Assembly (NCBI GenBank): GCA_947166545.1
Contig: CAMVEQ010000001.1
Span: forward strand, 1,136 to 65,135
Source of the DNA: an uncultured Treponema sp.
Lineage (GTDB): Bacteria; Spirochaetota; Spirochaetia; Treponematales; Treponemataceae
Length of the DNA stretch: 64,000 bases
Direction: 5' to 3'
In this document: positions 31,024 to 41,192 of the stretch, in pieces
How positions within the stretch are numbered: position 1 is the stretch's first letter
How the letters are laid out: every line of letters begins with the position of its first letter
Made by a program: the position numbers and the translations under genes
Notes under the pieces: model-generated
The model's input: the letters and a program-made list of their open reading frames with translations, nothing else
The model's database searches: none
What the model was told of the DNA's origin: nothing

Positions 31024-32547
31024 ATGATGCATAAAATATTCAGATTTTTACTATATTTAATTATAACTTCCGTATATGCAGATGATTACGTAAACTATGG
31101 CTACGTCTTTACTCCTCCACCTATGCAGAAAATAGAGGGAGGAACTTTTTATATGACTGAAGGAAATGTAAGCCATGCTGTAACGGTTAGTGACTTTGAA
31201 ATGGCAACTCTGGAAGAAGGTAAAGATTTCTCATGGTTTCAAGCTGTAAAAATATGCAATTATCTAAGCCGAAAAGATGGTTATACACCGTGTTATAGTC
31301 AGGATAGCGAAATAGATGAAAGAAAATGGAAGGACTGTGAAAATTTAAAGTGCGACTTTAATGCAGACGGTTACAGGCTTCCAACAGAAGCTGAATGGGA
31401 ATGGGCTGCACGTGGGGGAAATAAGAGTAATAACTATAAATACAGCGGAAGCAATAATCTGGATGTGGTTGCATGGTACAGTGGTAATTGTAATGACGAA
31501 GTAATACTTACTGGAAAAAAGAAACCAAATGAACTAGGTTTGTATGATATGAGCGGAAATTATTTTGAATGGTGCTGGAACTTGCATTACCGTTATGCAC
31601 CATACACTCAAATTAATCCCTCTGGATACGAAGAAGGAAATAAAATCAAGGGAGAACGAATTCTTAGAGGTGGTGCATGGGATTTTACAGCAGAGTTTTG
31701 TGAGACAAGCCATAGATTTTCATGTATTCCTCAACAGGTTTGTTGTAGTGCTGTGCGCCTGTGCCGTTCGCTTACAAAAAATTATACTGACAGTATTGTC
31801 CTTGAACCAACAGAAGAAAACAGGCAGGCACTAAAGCCTGTCATGATATATGTTCCGTGTGCAAAGGCACCTGCATCGCTAAACATAGATCCTTACGAGA
31901 TTTCCGAGACAGAGCTTAGCCGAGAGCTTTATGCGCTCATTAGAGGAACGGAACTGTATCAGCCAGAAGGAAATCTGCCAGTGGAAGGTGTCTCATGGTA
32001 TGAGGCTGTTGAACTCTGCAACCTGCTGAGCTTTTTGTACGGCTATACTCCATGCTACAGCCTTGGCGGTAAGACAAATCCTGATGAATGGAAAAATGAT
32101 GATGGTCTTGCATGGAAAAAGATTAAGTGCGACTTTAGTGCTGACGGTTACAGACTGCCGACTGAGATAGAGTGGAACTATGCAGCCGAAAGTGGAAAGA
32201 CTGGGAAAAGACTTATGTCAGAATGCTGGTATTCTGAAAACAGCGGAGGAAGATGCCATGCGGTTCTTTCAAAAGCAATGAATTCTCTTGGAATATACAA
32301 CATGCTGGGGAATGTTCAGGAATGGTGCTGGGAATCTGTTGCAAAGAATAATCCAGAAAAAGTTCTTAAAGGCGGTGGGTATAACAGTAATAAAGATGCC
32401 TGTTATCCGAAAGTTCGAAAATGTGAACCCCCTGATGTTGAGGGAAAAATTACAGGCGTAAGGCTCTGCCGTTCACTAAACAGAACTCCTAAAAAGAAAA
32501 GTTTGATTGAGAGCATAACAGGCTTTTTTATAGGATTGTTCAAGTGA
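31024..32547 (+). CDS. Secreted protein with two tandem FGE-sulfatase domains
   Basis: Two copies each of YRLPTE.EW, GN..EWCW and RLCRS. Confidence 0.88.
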   Translation: MMHKIFRFLLYLIITSVYADDYVNYGYVFTPPPMQKIEGGTFYMTEGNVSHAVTVSDFEMATLEEGKDFSWFQAVKICNYLSRKDGYTPCYSQDSEIDERKWKDCENLKCDFNADGYRLPTEAEWEWAARGGNKSNNYKYSGSNNLDVVAWYSGNCNDEVILTGKKKPNELGLYDMSGNYFEWCWNLHYRYAPYTQINPSGYEEGNKIKGERILRGGAWDFTAEFCETSHRFSCIPQQVCCSAVRLCRSLTKNYTDSIVLEPTEENRQALKPVMIYVPCAKAPASLNIDPYEISETELSRELYALIRGTELYQPEGNLPVEGVSWYEAVELCNLLSFLYGYTPCYSLGGKTNPDEWKNDDGLAWKKIKCDFSADGYRLPTEIEWNYAAESGKTGKRLMSECWYSENSGGRCHAVLSKAMNSLGIYNMLGNVQEWCWESVAKNNPEKVLKGGGYNSNKDACYPKVRKCEPPDVEGKITGVRLCRSLNRTPKKKSLIESITGFFIGLFK

Positions 32548-32572
32548 TGATAGATACTTATACGGTATAAAC

Positions 32573-32610
32573 AAACAGGGGCATCTCCAAAGAAGGAAAT
32601 GCCCCTGTTT
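32573..32610. terminator. GGCATCTCC hairpin, copy 2, between convergent genes
   Basis: AAACAGGGGCATCTCC-AAAGAA-GGAAATGCCCCTGTTT. Confidence 0.75.
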
Positions 32611-32618
32611 ATAGAAGA

Positions 32619-33047
32619 TTAAATTGTATCATTGAACGGTGTCTCTTGATATTTTAATGTGCCGTTTCGTTTTCTGAAAGCCTTTTCTGCCTTCTTAAAT
32701 TGAGTTCCATGTAAATCTTTTTGGACTCTGGAAAGTGAAATTCTTCCATGGTAAGAATCTAAATTAGTACATTTGCAAAAGTAATCGAGAGAAGTTTCTA
32801 GCTGTCTACTTGCCCATTCCCTGTCTTTTCCTTTTAATTCAATAAGATATGCAGTATTTTCTTGTACAATAAGAGCATAATCGCATTTATTACCATCTTT
32901 TATTAAAACTCCATCAACACGAAGTGCTAGAACTTTTTTTTCATTTTTATTTTCAGCATGATAAACGCTTTTACTTCTTGCATCTTTCAAGGATATGTTT
33001 TTTCGAGTGTCTTCGAACAGCTTTGCTTCATTTGGAAAATCATTCAT
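32619..33047 (-). CDS. Hypothetical protein with PD-(D/E)XK-like motif, coupled to the upstream ATPase
   Basis: KCDYALIV...YLIELKG motif. ATG 33047 overlaps the ATPase stop region. Confidence 0.65.
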   Translation of the reverse strand: MNDFPNEAKLFEDTRKNISLKDARSKSVYHAENKNEKKVLALRVDGVLIKDGNKCDYALIVQENTAYLIELKGKDREWASRQLETSLDYFCKCTNLDSYHGRISLSRVQKDLHGTQFKKAEKAFRKRNGTLKYQETPFNDTI

Positions 33048-34284
33048 GGTCTGAAAACTCCAAATCTTCCAAACGGGAATATTCTTCATTTATTGTTTTA
33101 GAACAAGTATCTATTTCAGCTGGATTTATCTGTTCAATTTCAGAATCTTTTATGTCATAAATGCTGCCTTCTTTTATGACATACGCAGAAACATCACAAT
33201 AATCTATGTGATATTTTTGTTCCTTTATTTTCTCTGAGTGAAAACCTTGGCGTCTAAGGGTTCCTGCATAAATGCAGTTATTCAGCGTTTCTAATACATA
33301 AGGACTGTGTGTTGTAATGAGCAGTGAATTGTTTTTCCTTTTATTTGCATGAATGACAAGGGAATCTACAAGCCATTTTTGAGATTCTGGAAACAGATTT
33401 TGTTCTGGTTCTTCTACAATATTTATAAGATATTCGTTTATGTATTTTGAATATGAATCTGAATAATTCAGAATATCATTATCTGTAAAATTTTTATTTA
33501 CACCTGAAACAAATAGCAGGTTCAGATTTTTCACGACATTCTCATTCTTAATGCCAGATAATATTTCTGACTGTTCATCAGAACTTAAAGCTCGTAGCTT
33601 TTTCAAATTTGATTGTGAGACATCTTGCGAAAGATATTCGGTTACAAGCATGAGGGGAATCATGGACTGTAAGCCACTTGAAGCAAAAGCTACTGGTAGT
33701 GCGACATTTGAATTTGGTTCAAATACAATAAGGGAGTCGGTAGACTCATCGTATTTTAAACTGTATTTTCCAAGTGGAACTATATTATTATTAGTAAAAT
33801 ATTCATTTTTAGATTTTTTTATTTCCTGCTGCAACCATTTGATTGTCTGTGGTAGATTTTTTATTTTATCTGCACCTGCCAGGACTGAAATTACATTACG
33901 TTCGGAAGCAATGTACATGATTTTTGGACGCTTGTAATTTTCTTTTTGCTGTAGCGTAATTGTAAAATGATTTTTTATATATGTAAAATTTGCAAAATCT
34001 CCGTAGTATGCAAGTTCTGAGTCTTGCGTAAAATAGGAAGCTGGAAGTTGCTGATTTTTACATAGGTCTATAAAGTCTTTTTCTGTAAAATCATCTTTCC
34101 CATAATCGCCACGAAAAAGGGCTTTTTCAAGCCATGAGAAAGATGAATATAATTTTGCAACAGTACTTTTTCCTGCACCCTGTTCCCCAATGAAAACGGA
34201 AAACTTACAGATATTCATAAAACCGTCATTGTCTGTGAAGCCATTTTTTATGGGACCGAAATTTTTTATTTTTAAGGTAACCAT
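33040..34284 (-). CDS. AAA_15/AAA_21 (AbiEii/OLD-like ABC) ATPase
   Basis: LKIKNFGPI, GEQGAGKST, ASSGLQS, IVEEPEQNLFPESQ and ITTHSPYVL motifs. Start ATG 34284. Confidence 0.88.
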   Translation of the reverse strand: MVTLKIKNFGPIKNGFTDNDGFMNICKFSVFIGEQGAGKSTVAKLYSSFSWLEKALFRGDYGKDDFTEKDFIDLCKNQQLPASYFTQDSELAYYGDFANFTYIKNHFTITLQQKENYKRPKIMYIASERNVISVLAGADKIKNLPQTIKWLQQEIKKSKNEYFTNNNIVPLGKYSLKYDESTDSLIVFEPNSNVALPVAFASSGLQSMIPLMLVTEYLSQDVSQSNLKKLRALSSDEQSEILSGIKNENVVKNLNLLFVSGVNKNFTDNDILNYSDSYSKYINEYLINIVEEPEQNLFPESQKWLVDSLVIHANKRKNNSLLITTHSPYVLETLNNCIYAGTLRRQGFHSEKIKEQKYHIDYCDVSAYVIKEGSIYDIKDSEIEQINPAEIDTCSKTINEEYSRLEDLEFSDHE

Positions 34285-34443
34285 AACATTATTATACCAA
34301 TTTAATGTAAAAATAGAAGTATATTTTGTAGATTTCATAATAGAGCCTTGTCGGGAACCAAAACAGCTTTACAGTCTGTATTAACAGTGATAGTATAAAG
34401 ACAGTTTTAATATTTGTGGCAATCTTAAAATTTGAGGAAATAT

Positions 34444-35799
34444 ATGAAGCGGGTTTTAGAAAAATCATTATGGATATTATTATGTGTGAGTTTGTTCATT
34501 TCTTGTTCTAAAAATCAAAATAAATCAGAAACTTCTACAGCCGAAGTGTCCGAAACTGCTACGGAAATTGGTTCTGTAGAAAATTCAGAAGATTTAGACT
34601 TGCAGCAGGTTCAAGAGACTGTCAATGAGAATGAAAAGCAGGATGACTATAAGCCAAAGATGGTATTTGTAGAAGGTGGAACTTTTCAATTAGGAAGCGA
34701 TATTGACGGTTATCATGATGTTACAGTAAGCAGTTTTGAAATGGGGAAAACAGAAGTTACATTAGGACAGTATCAGTCTGTTACAGACGAAAAAGAAATA
34801 GATGAAAGCATAAGAAATTATCCTGTGACTGAAGTAAACTGGTTTGAAGCTGTCATATACTGCAATAAATTAAGCATAAAGTGTGGTTATGAACCTTGTT
34901 ACAGCATAAATGGAGAAACAAATCCTTTAATGTGGGGTACTGATATACCTTCTCTCACAGAAGCAGATGGTCAAGTTGGAGATATGACTGTATGGAATAC
35001 AGTGCAGTGTAATTTTAATGCAAATGGTTATAGACTGCCAACCGAGGCAGAATGGGCTTTTGCTGCTCAAGGCGGAAATAAAACTAACCATACAAAATAC
35101 AGTGGAAGCAACAATATAAATGAAGTTGGCTGGACTGAAAAGAATGCAGAAAAAAGTTTTCATGAAGTTGCAATGAAGAAACCTAATGAACTTGACATTT
35201 ACGACATGAGTGGAAATGTATGGGAATGGTGTTGGGATAGAAATGGTGTTTATGCAACTGAACCAGAATTTAATCCTACAGGAGCAAATAAAGGCTCTTG
35301 GCATCGTGTAAGAAGAGGAGGAGGTTGGGGAACACCAGATTCCTACAGTGAAATTACATATTCTTCTAGTGATAGTCCTGATGTTCAGTCCCTTTATATC
35401 GGTTTCCGTCTATGCCGTTCCATTGGGGATCGTACAGAAGTCCAAGCCGAAAAGTCTTCAGAAAATCCTTTCACACATTGCTATTTTAACAGCAATACAG
35501 ATCAGATCATCCTAAGTAATGAAACTGGTAATTACAAACTTACAGTCTGGCTGTATGGAACTCCAATTGAAGAAGGTGAATATCAGGTTTTCGGAAGCGA
35601 CAAGGAGACTCTGCTTGAAGGATTTTTAGAGGAAGGCAATGATAGCAGGGACGTAAAGACAACGCTCTTTATCCGTTATTCGGAAGGTGTAATAAAAGTG
35701 TCTGGTTCTGCACAGCTTTATAAACCTCATAGTGCTACAAAGAGCGGTGAAATCTTAGATTTCAACTATGAAGGAAGCCTTGTAAAGTTGATGGAGTAA
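34444..35799 (+). CDS. FGE-sulfatase domain lipoprotein with extra C-terminal domain
   Basis: Lipobox LFISC; GYRLPTEAEW, YDMSGNVWEWCWD and GFRLCRS motifs. Paralog of 29983; ATG 34444 follows GAGGA. Confidence 0.88.
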   Translation: MKRVLEKSLWILLCVSLFISCSKNQNKSETSTAEVSETATEIGSVENSEDLDLQQVQETVNENEKQDDYKPKMVFVEGGTFQLGSDIDGYHDVTVSSFEMGKTEVTLGQYQSVTDEKEIDESIRNYPVTEVNWFEAVIYCNKLSIKCGYEPCYSINGETNPLMWGTDIPSLTEADGQVGDMTVWNTVQCNFNANGYRLPTEAEWAFAAQGGNKTNHTKYSGSNNINEVGWTEKNAEKSFHEVAMKKPNELDIYDMSGNVWEWCWDRNGVYATEPEFNPTGANKGSWHRVRRGGGWGTPDSYSEITYSSSDSPDVQSLYIGFRLCRSIGDRTEVQAEKSSENPFTHCYFNSNTDQIILSNETGNYKLTVWLYGTPIEEGEYQVFGSDKETLLEGFLEEGNDSRDVKTTLFIRYSEGVIKVSGSAQLYKPHSATKSGEILDFNYEGSLVKLME

Positions 35800-35917
35800 A
35801 TCCGCAATTCTTAGATGTGAAAAAAAATGAAAAATCAAGTTTAAACTACATTTTGCTCCTGAAAAATACAGTACTATACAGGTACAAAACAGTGCGATAG
35901 CACAAGGAGTAAAAAAT

Positions 35918-36682
35918 ATGAGTGAATCAATAGTAACATCATTCAAGAATTCAGGTTCAAACGGCAGAATCATGCTGTACGAAAATCCATTTGAAAAAGG
36001 CCGTCAGTATTACGGACGCTTTGAACGCAATGTAGTCAATACAAATGTATTGATTGCACGCATCCAGAACCGCAAGGCAGGAACAAACGAACTTGCCGTA
36101 CAGGAGATTGCAGGGTTTCTTAAAGAAGAAATTCTTCAGGCGATAAGAAACGGGGAGGCTGTAAACGTTCTGGACTTGGGAACCTTGTACATTGTGCCGA
36201 ACAGAAGGTTTGAGGGAACTACTATGGAAAATAAAGACACCCCGACCTTAGCAGTACGTTTTCAGTCTGGTTCTCTTGTAAGGAATGCAGTTTCTGATAT
36301 TGAGATAAAGGAAATTAAAGTTGCAGAATCTACAAGATTTATCAGCGAGATTACCGATAAGTTTACAGGCCGTACAGACGGTGCAATTTCAAAAGGACGT
36401 TTTGTTGTATTGAAAGGAAAGAAGCTTAAGATTGCTGGTGAAAATTCTGGCTTGTATATCTGTCCTTTGGATGCAATGGAAAATCCTGTTGCAGATGAAA
36501 GTACTTGGATTAAGTGCGAAAAACTTGCAAAGAATACAAATACTTGTCTGGAATTCTTTATGCCCGAAAGCCTTGAGGAAGGGGAAAAATATAAAATCGT
36601 TATCCGCACACAGTACTGCTCTAACAATTTTATGTCCAAAGAGGCAAAGACCATTGTGAGCGACACTGTAACAGTAATCTGA
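35918..36682 (+). CDS. HU-like DNA-binding protein with C-terminal Ig-like DUF4469-type domain
   Basis: IRNGEAVNVLDLGTL HU-like segment; LKGKKLKIAG and YKIVIRTQY C-terminal patterns. Confidence 0.7.
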   Translation: MSESIVTSFKNSGSNGRIMLYENPFEKGRQYYGRFERNVVNTNVLIARIQNRKAGTNELAVQEIAGFLKEEILQAIRNGEAVNVLDLGTLYIVPNRRFEGTTMENKDTPTLAVRFQSGSLVRNAVSDIEIKEIKVAESTRFISEITDKFTGRTDGAISKGRFVVLKGKKLKIAGENSGLYICPLDAMENPVADESTWIKCEKLAKNTNTCLEFFMPESLEEGEKYKIVIRTQYCSNNFMSKEAKTIVSDTVTVI

Positions 36683-36713
36683 TTGCGCTGTTGATTAAAG
36701 TCATTCTGTAAAC

Positions 36714-36753
36714 AAAAAGGGGCATCTCCAGAAAGAAGGAGATGCCCCTTTTT
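36714..36753. terminator. GGCATCTCC hairpin, copy 3, bidirectional terminator
   Basis: AAAAAGGGGCATCTCC-AGAAAGAA-GGAGATGCCCCTTTTT. Confidence 0.8.
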
Positions 36754-36768
36754 ATGATGGTTTAGGGA

Positions 36769-37329
36769 TTATCTTCCCCAAGTCATGATTAAGTCGTAAT
36801 TGTCTTCGCGTACTTCAAAGTACTGGTTGTGTTCGCCACAGGTTGGGCAATACTCTGGTGCAACAGGACCTGTTACGATATGACCGCATACCATACATTC
36901 CCACACTTTTACAGAACCGTTTTTAATTTGAGCCTTTGTATCTTCATCTTTGAGCATTGAGCGGTATCGCTCTTCGTGGCGTTTTTCAATTTCTGCAATG
37001 GCACGGAATTTTTTTGCCAGCTCTGCAAAGCCTTCCTTTTCGGCGGTTTCTGCAAAGCCTTTGTACATGTCTGTCCATTCATAGTTTTCGCCTTTTGCAG
37101 CATTTTCCAAATTTGTAGTTGAATCGGAAATGCCCTCAAGTTCCTTTAACCAGATTTTTGCATGGTTTTCTTCGTTAAGAGCTGTCTTTTCAAATACTTT
37201 TGCAAGTTTATCGTTCCCTTCTTTTTGGGCAACCTGTGAAAAGTATGTGTACTTGTTGCGTGCCTGTGATTCTCCTGCGAAAGCTGCAAGAAGGTTTTTT
37301 TCTGTCTGTGTTCCTGCATATTTGCTCAT
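36769..37329 (-). CDS. rbr: Rubrerythrin
   Basis: [16 protein letters not shown] and EKRH motifs; C-terminal CMVCG..CPTCG. Confidence 0.93.
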   Translation of the reverse strand: MSKYAGTQTEKNLLAAFAGESQARNKYTYFSQVAQKEGNDKLAKVFEKTALNEENHAKIWLKELEGISDSTTNLENAAKGENYEWTDMYKGFAETAEKEGFAELAKKFRAIAEIEKRHEERYRSMLKDEDTKAQIKNGSVKVWECMVCGHIVTGPVAPEYCPTCGEHNQYFEVREDNYDLIMTWGR

Positions 37330-37488
37330 GTGTATTCTCCTGTTATTGAATGTAATTCTTTTATTATATTGCAGGTTTTGGCAGTAAACAAGTGTTTTTT
37401 GTTACGGCTTTTCTTGATGTTTATCGATTATCATAATTATTTGTTATATTTATTGACGATTGTTTTAAGTGTATTTATAATTATTTGC

Positions 37489-39678
37489 ATGAATTCTGCA
37501 GGAAATCACAAGTCTATAAAAGCAAGCTTTTTGCTTATGATTGGTATCGGAATGTTGTGCATTTCGATTGTTATGACCTTTATAATAGGTAGAACTGTAT
37601 TCAAAATGAATACGTCTCAGGTTGAAGATATAATAATTGCCCTTACAGAAAAAAAGGCTAATTCCGTTGAACAGGAAATGATGGAAGCTATTAATTCTGT
37701 TGAGGCTGTTGCTGGAATGCTTGGTGCTTCCTGGACAATTCCTGATGATATGCGCCGTACTGCCTGTGAGCAGGAAATCCGTTCCCTTGTAAACAATACT
37801 ACTGCAAAATCTGTGTGGGCAATCTGGTTGCCTACTTTTTTTGACCACAGGGATGAATTTGATGCTGACCCTGAAACAAATCCTACTGGTCAGTTCCGTG
37901 TTCATTACATTAAAGATGCTGACGGACGCATAAAGAACGACAGTACTACTGGTCTTCCTGTTGTGGATGATCAGGAAAAAATAAAAGACTGTGTTGCTAC
38001 AATTACAGATCCAGCCCTTGTTTCGATTGACGGTGAGCAGGTGCTTTCTGCACAGGCCTATGTTGCCATGATAAACTCTATTGGTCAAACAGTAGGTCTT
38101 GCGGGAATGGATATTGTGCTTTCCAATTTGGAAACTCTTCTTGACGGAAGTTCTATTTACGAAGGAAGCCAGACTCAGTTTTTAAGTTCTTCTGGTGCTG
38201 TAATGGGTGCAACGGATGGTTCTTCTGTTGGTAAAAAAAGTTCATTCTTTACGGACTCTGCCTATTCAAAATGGTTTTCTGATGACTATGCACAGGAAGA
38301 TGCAGTTTCGTTTATTTCTGGTAAGGGAAATCACCGCTATTTTACTGTAATTGCCCGCATTCATCCTGACAGAACGGGTGCAAGCTGGTATCTTGTTTCA
38401 AAAACAAGTGTTGCCGTAATGCACAAAAAGGCTGTGTCTGCTTTGTGGACGGTTATTTCTGCATTTATAATTCAGATTATTCTTGTTGGTGTTCTTACAT
38501 ATATTACTGTTTCGCGTCTTACAAAGCCTTTGTCTGAAAGTGAAAAAGCTTTGAGGAACATTAGCGAAGGTGACGGTGATCTTTCGGTAAGGCTTAAGGT
38601 TACGGAAGATAACGAAATTGGCGCTATGTGTCAGAGTTTTAACAAGACGATGGAAAAGATTGGTTCTTCAATAAGCAGTGCCAAGACAACTAGTGGTAAG
38701 ATGGAACAGCTTGGTAAGGAACTTGATGTTTCAATGCGTGAGACGGACAAGGCTGTAAATGACATTACAGGAAGCATTAGTTCTGTTCAGGAAAAGATGC
38801 TCGATCATGCATCTGGCGTTTCTGAGGCTAAGGCGGTTGTTGATCAGATTGTAAAGAATATTGAAATTCTGAGTAACAATATTGATACACAGGCAGAAAG
38901 TGTTGCAAAATCTTCCAGTTCTATTGAGCAGATGACTGCAAACATTACTTCGGTAACGCACATCCTTGCTGCAAACAAGGTTTCTATGGAAGAACTTGAA
39001 AAGGCTTCCGAAGATGGTAAGACTTTGATTAACAGAACTGTAGAGCTTTCTAAGGACATTCAGGATAAGTCAAAGAATCTGTCTGAGGCTTCTGCTGTTA
39101 TAAAGAACATTGCTAGTCAGACGAACCTTCTTGCAATGAATGCTGCAATTGAGGCTGCACATGCTGGTGCAAGCGGACAGGGATTCAGCGTTGTTGCTGA
39201 TGAAATTCGTAAGCTTGCGGAAGAGTCTTCTTCTCAGGGGGCTAAGATGCAGCAGTCTCTTAAAGATGTTTACAATTCTATTAATGAGGTGTCGCAGTCA
39301 AGTAATGAGGTTCAGGCTCAGTTTAATAAGATATTCCTGCTTACAAAGACTGTAGGTGATCAGGAACGTATTATTGATGATGCAATGCAGAGTCAGAATG
39401 AAGACGGTGCACAGATTCTTGCTGCAATGAAAAACATCAATTCTATTACAACCGAGGTTAAGAACGGTTCTAACATGATGCTTGAAGGCAGCCAGCAGGT
39501 TTCTGCTGAAATGGATGCCCTTGCAAACATGGCTGAGACTGTAAGTGCAAGCATGAGCGACATGGCGGATAAGGCTGCTACAATTTCTTTTGCTGCACAA
39601 AAGGCAAAAGACAGTGTAAGTGCAAGTGTTGAAGCTATTGGAAGCCTTAAGGGTGAAATGAACAAATTTAAATGCTAA
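37489..39678 (+). CDS. Methyl-accepting chemotaxis protein (Cache-like sensor, HAMP)
   Basis: Two TMs, EGDGDLS HAMP and [20 protein letters not shown] 37489 lies 7 nt after TTGACG-17-TATAAT. Confidence 0.92.
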   Translation: MNSAGNHKSIKASFLLMIGIGMLCISIVMTFIIGRTVFKMNTSQVEDIIIALTEKKANSVEQEMMEAINSVEAVAGMLGASWTIPDDMRRTACEQEIRSLVNNTTAKSVWAIWLPTFFDHRDEFDADPETNPTGQFRVHYIKDADGRIKNDSTTGLPVVDDQEKIKDCVATITDPALVSIDGEQVLSAQAYVAMINSIGQTVGLAGMDIVLSNLETLLDGSSIYEGSQTQFLSSSGAVMGATDGSSVGKKSSFFTDSAYSKWFSDDYAQEDAVSFISGKGNHRYFTVIARIHPDRTGASWYLVSKTSVAVMHKKAVSALWTVISAFIIQIILVGVLTYITVSRLTKPLSESEKALRNISEGDGDLSVRLKVTEDNEIGAMCQSFNKTMEKIGSSISSAKTTSGKMEQLGKELDVSMRETDKAVNDITGSISSVQEKMLDHASGVSEAKAVVDQIVKNIEILSNNIDTQAESVAKSSSSIEQMTANITSVTHILAANKVSMEELEKASEDGKTLINRTVELSKDIQDKSKNLSEASAVIKNIASQTNLLAMNAAIEAAHAGASGQGFSVVADEIRKLAEESSSQGAKMQQSLKDVYNSINEVSQSSNEVQAQFNKIFLLTKTVGDQERIIDDAMQSQNEDGAQILAAMKNINSITTEVKNGSNMMLEGSQQVSAEMDALANMAETVSASMSDMADKAATISFAAQKAKDSVSASVEAIGSLKGEMNKFKC

Positions 39679-39700
39679 GACTGGCAAGGAGCATGATTAT

Positions 39701-40288
39701 ATGAAAAGATTTATTTTTACAGCACTCTGTGTATTTGCTTTTTTTGCAAATGTTCGGACTGCTCACTGTCAGAATGTGCTTGGCGACAGGACTTCTGTTC
39801 CTCAGGGAACTGTAATTACTGTAGATGACTTTGAAAAGGGCAATTACTGGATATGGGCTGGTTTTGACTGGGAACAGTGGGGACCTTCAAAGCTTTCTAC
39901 TTCTGCAAGAATTTCGAATCAGTGGGCTTCACAGGGTAAACATTCGCTTGAATGTAAGTTTATAGCGTCTACTCCTGAATCAGATAAAGACGGAATGTAC
40001 TTTATGGATTATACTTGGGATTATTCCGGGGCAAAATATTTAGTCGTTGATATTTATAATCCAGAAAACAAGTCCTTTGAGTTCGGAATTGCTTTTCAAG
40101 CTACAGAGAACTGGAAGTGGTGCGAAGGCACAAATGTTATAATAACTCCCGGTAAGCATACTGTTGTAATTTCGCTTGACGAATTTAAGGATGTCCTGAA
40201 TGTTGTTAAACGTATCAATATCTGTTACAGGGAAAAAAATCGTATGAAGGGGCGTTTTTATATAGACAATTTGCGTCTTATAAAATAG
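39701..40288 (+). CDS. Secreted carbohydrate-binding-module-like protein
   Basis: Signal peptide; DDFE..W, QGKHSLE and FYIDNLRL beta-sandwich pattern. Confidence 0.55.
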   Translation: MKRFIFTALCVFAFFANVRTAHCQNVLGDRTSVPQGTVITVDDFEKGNYWIWAGFDWEQWGPSKLSTSARISNQWASQGKHSLECKFIASTPESDKDGMYFMDYTWDYSGAKYLVVDIYNPENKSFEFGIAFQATENWKWCEGTNVIITPGKHTVVISLDEFKDVLNVVKRINICYREKNRMKGRFYIDNLRLIK

Positions 40289-40304
40289 ACTCGTATACTA
40301 ATCG

Positions 40305-41150
40305 ATGAACAATTTAGGTGCCACATATAGTGAAGCAGGTGAGTTCTGGGGAGAACTCACCTCTACTATTAAAGAGATGTTTCATAATCTTGCTTCCCAG
40401 TCTATTGGGGTGCAGGAAAACTCTTCATATATAGATAATCTTATTGCAATTTCCGCTCTTGCTTTCTTTTTGCTTATCCTTGCTCTTATTGTAAACTATT
40501 GGATTCGCTTGCATCGTAATAATATTGCTAAAAATCATTTTGAGCTTATTCTTGGAAGCATTCATGATGAAGCGGAAAAAAAGGAATTGAAAAAGCTTGC
40601 GGAACACTGTGTAGAGCTTGGGGAACGCATTGATGCACACATTAGCCGTAAGAATTTTTCTAAAAAGATAAGCACGCTTGTGTTTTTTATTGCACGGCAG
40701 ATGGAACTGGACTTTACCGAGACTGCTTTGTTTTTCTGTGCTTCGCTTGTGCATGACGCTGGCTATCTTGATGCTTCTTCGGAACTGTTCTGTGCTGAAA
40801 TTCTGTATCTTAAAGAAAAGAAAATCATGCGGACTCACATTTTGAGGGCGTTGAATTATATTGATTTTGTTCCAAAAAAATATATTGTGACGTTTATGAA
40901 TGCAATAACCTATCATCATGAAAACTATGATGGTTCTGGTTTTCCTGACGGTTTGAGCGGTGAAGAAATTCCGCTTTGTGCAAGGATTATCCGTGTTGCA
41001 GAAGACTATGTGTTTATGACTGAAAAGACTGATTATAATAAGCCTTTGGACAGTAATAAAGCTCTTTTGCGCTTAAAAGAAAATCCAGAGACTTATGATG
41101 AAGGCATTGTTAATGTCCTTGCAAATATCTTGGAAAATACTGTAATATAA
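40305..41150 (+). CDS. Membrane-anchored HD-GYP-like protein (degenerate)
   Basis: HDAG and HHENYDGSGFPDGL..IPLCARII motifs; the first conserved His is missing. Confidence 0.75.
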   Translation: MNNLGATYSEAGEFWGELTSTIKEMFHNLASQSIGVQENSSYIDNLIAISALAFFLLILALIVNYWIRLHRNNIAKNHFELILGSIHDEAEKKELKKLAEHCVELGERIDAHISRKNFSKKISTLVFFIARQMELDFTETALFFCASLVHDAGYLDASSELFCAEILYLKEKKIMRTHILRALNYIDFVPKKYIVTFMNAITYHHENYDGSGFPDGLSGEEIPLCARIIRVAEDYVFMTEKTDYNKPLDSNKALLRLKENPETYDEGIVNVLANILENTVI

Positions 41151-41192
41151 AAGCGACTTTTAAAAATAAATTTTTTACTTAGAGGGGACTAT

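Noticed and set aside
34349-34357. TGTCGGGAA next to the duplicated promoter, matching an array linker
   Set aside because: Only 9 bp and without the palindromic core; could be chance.
29983-35799. Complete diversity-generating retroelement
   Set aside because: No reverse transcriptase, and no near-identical TR/VR pair differing only at adenines.
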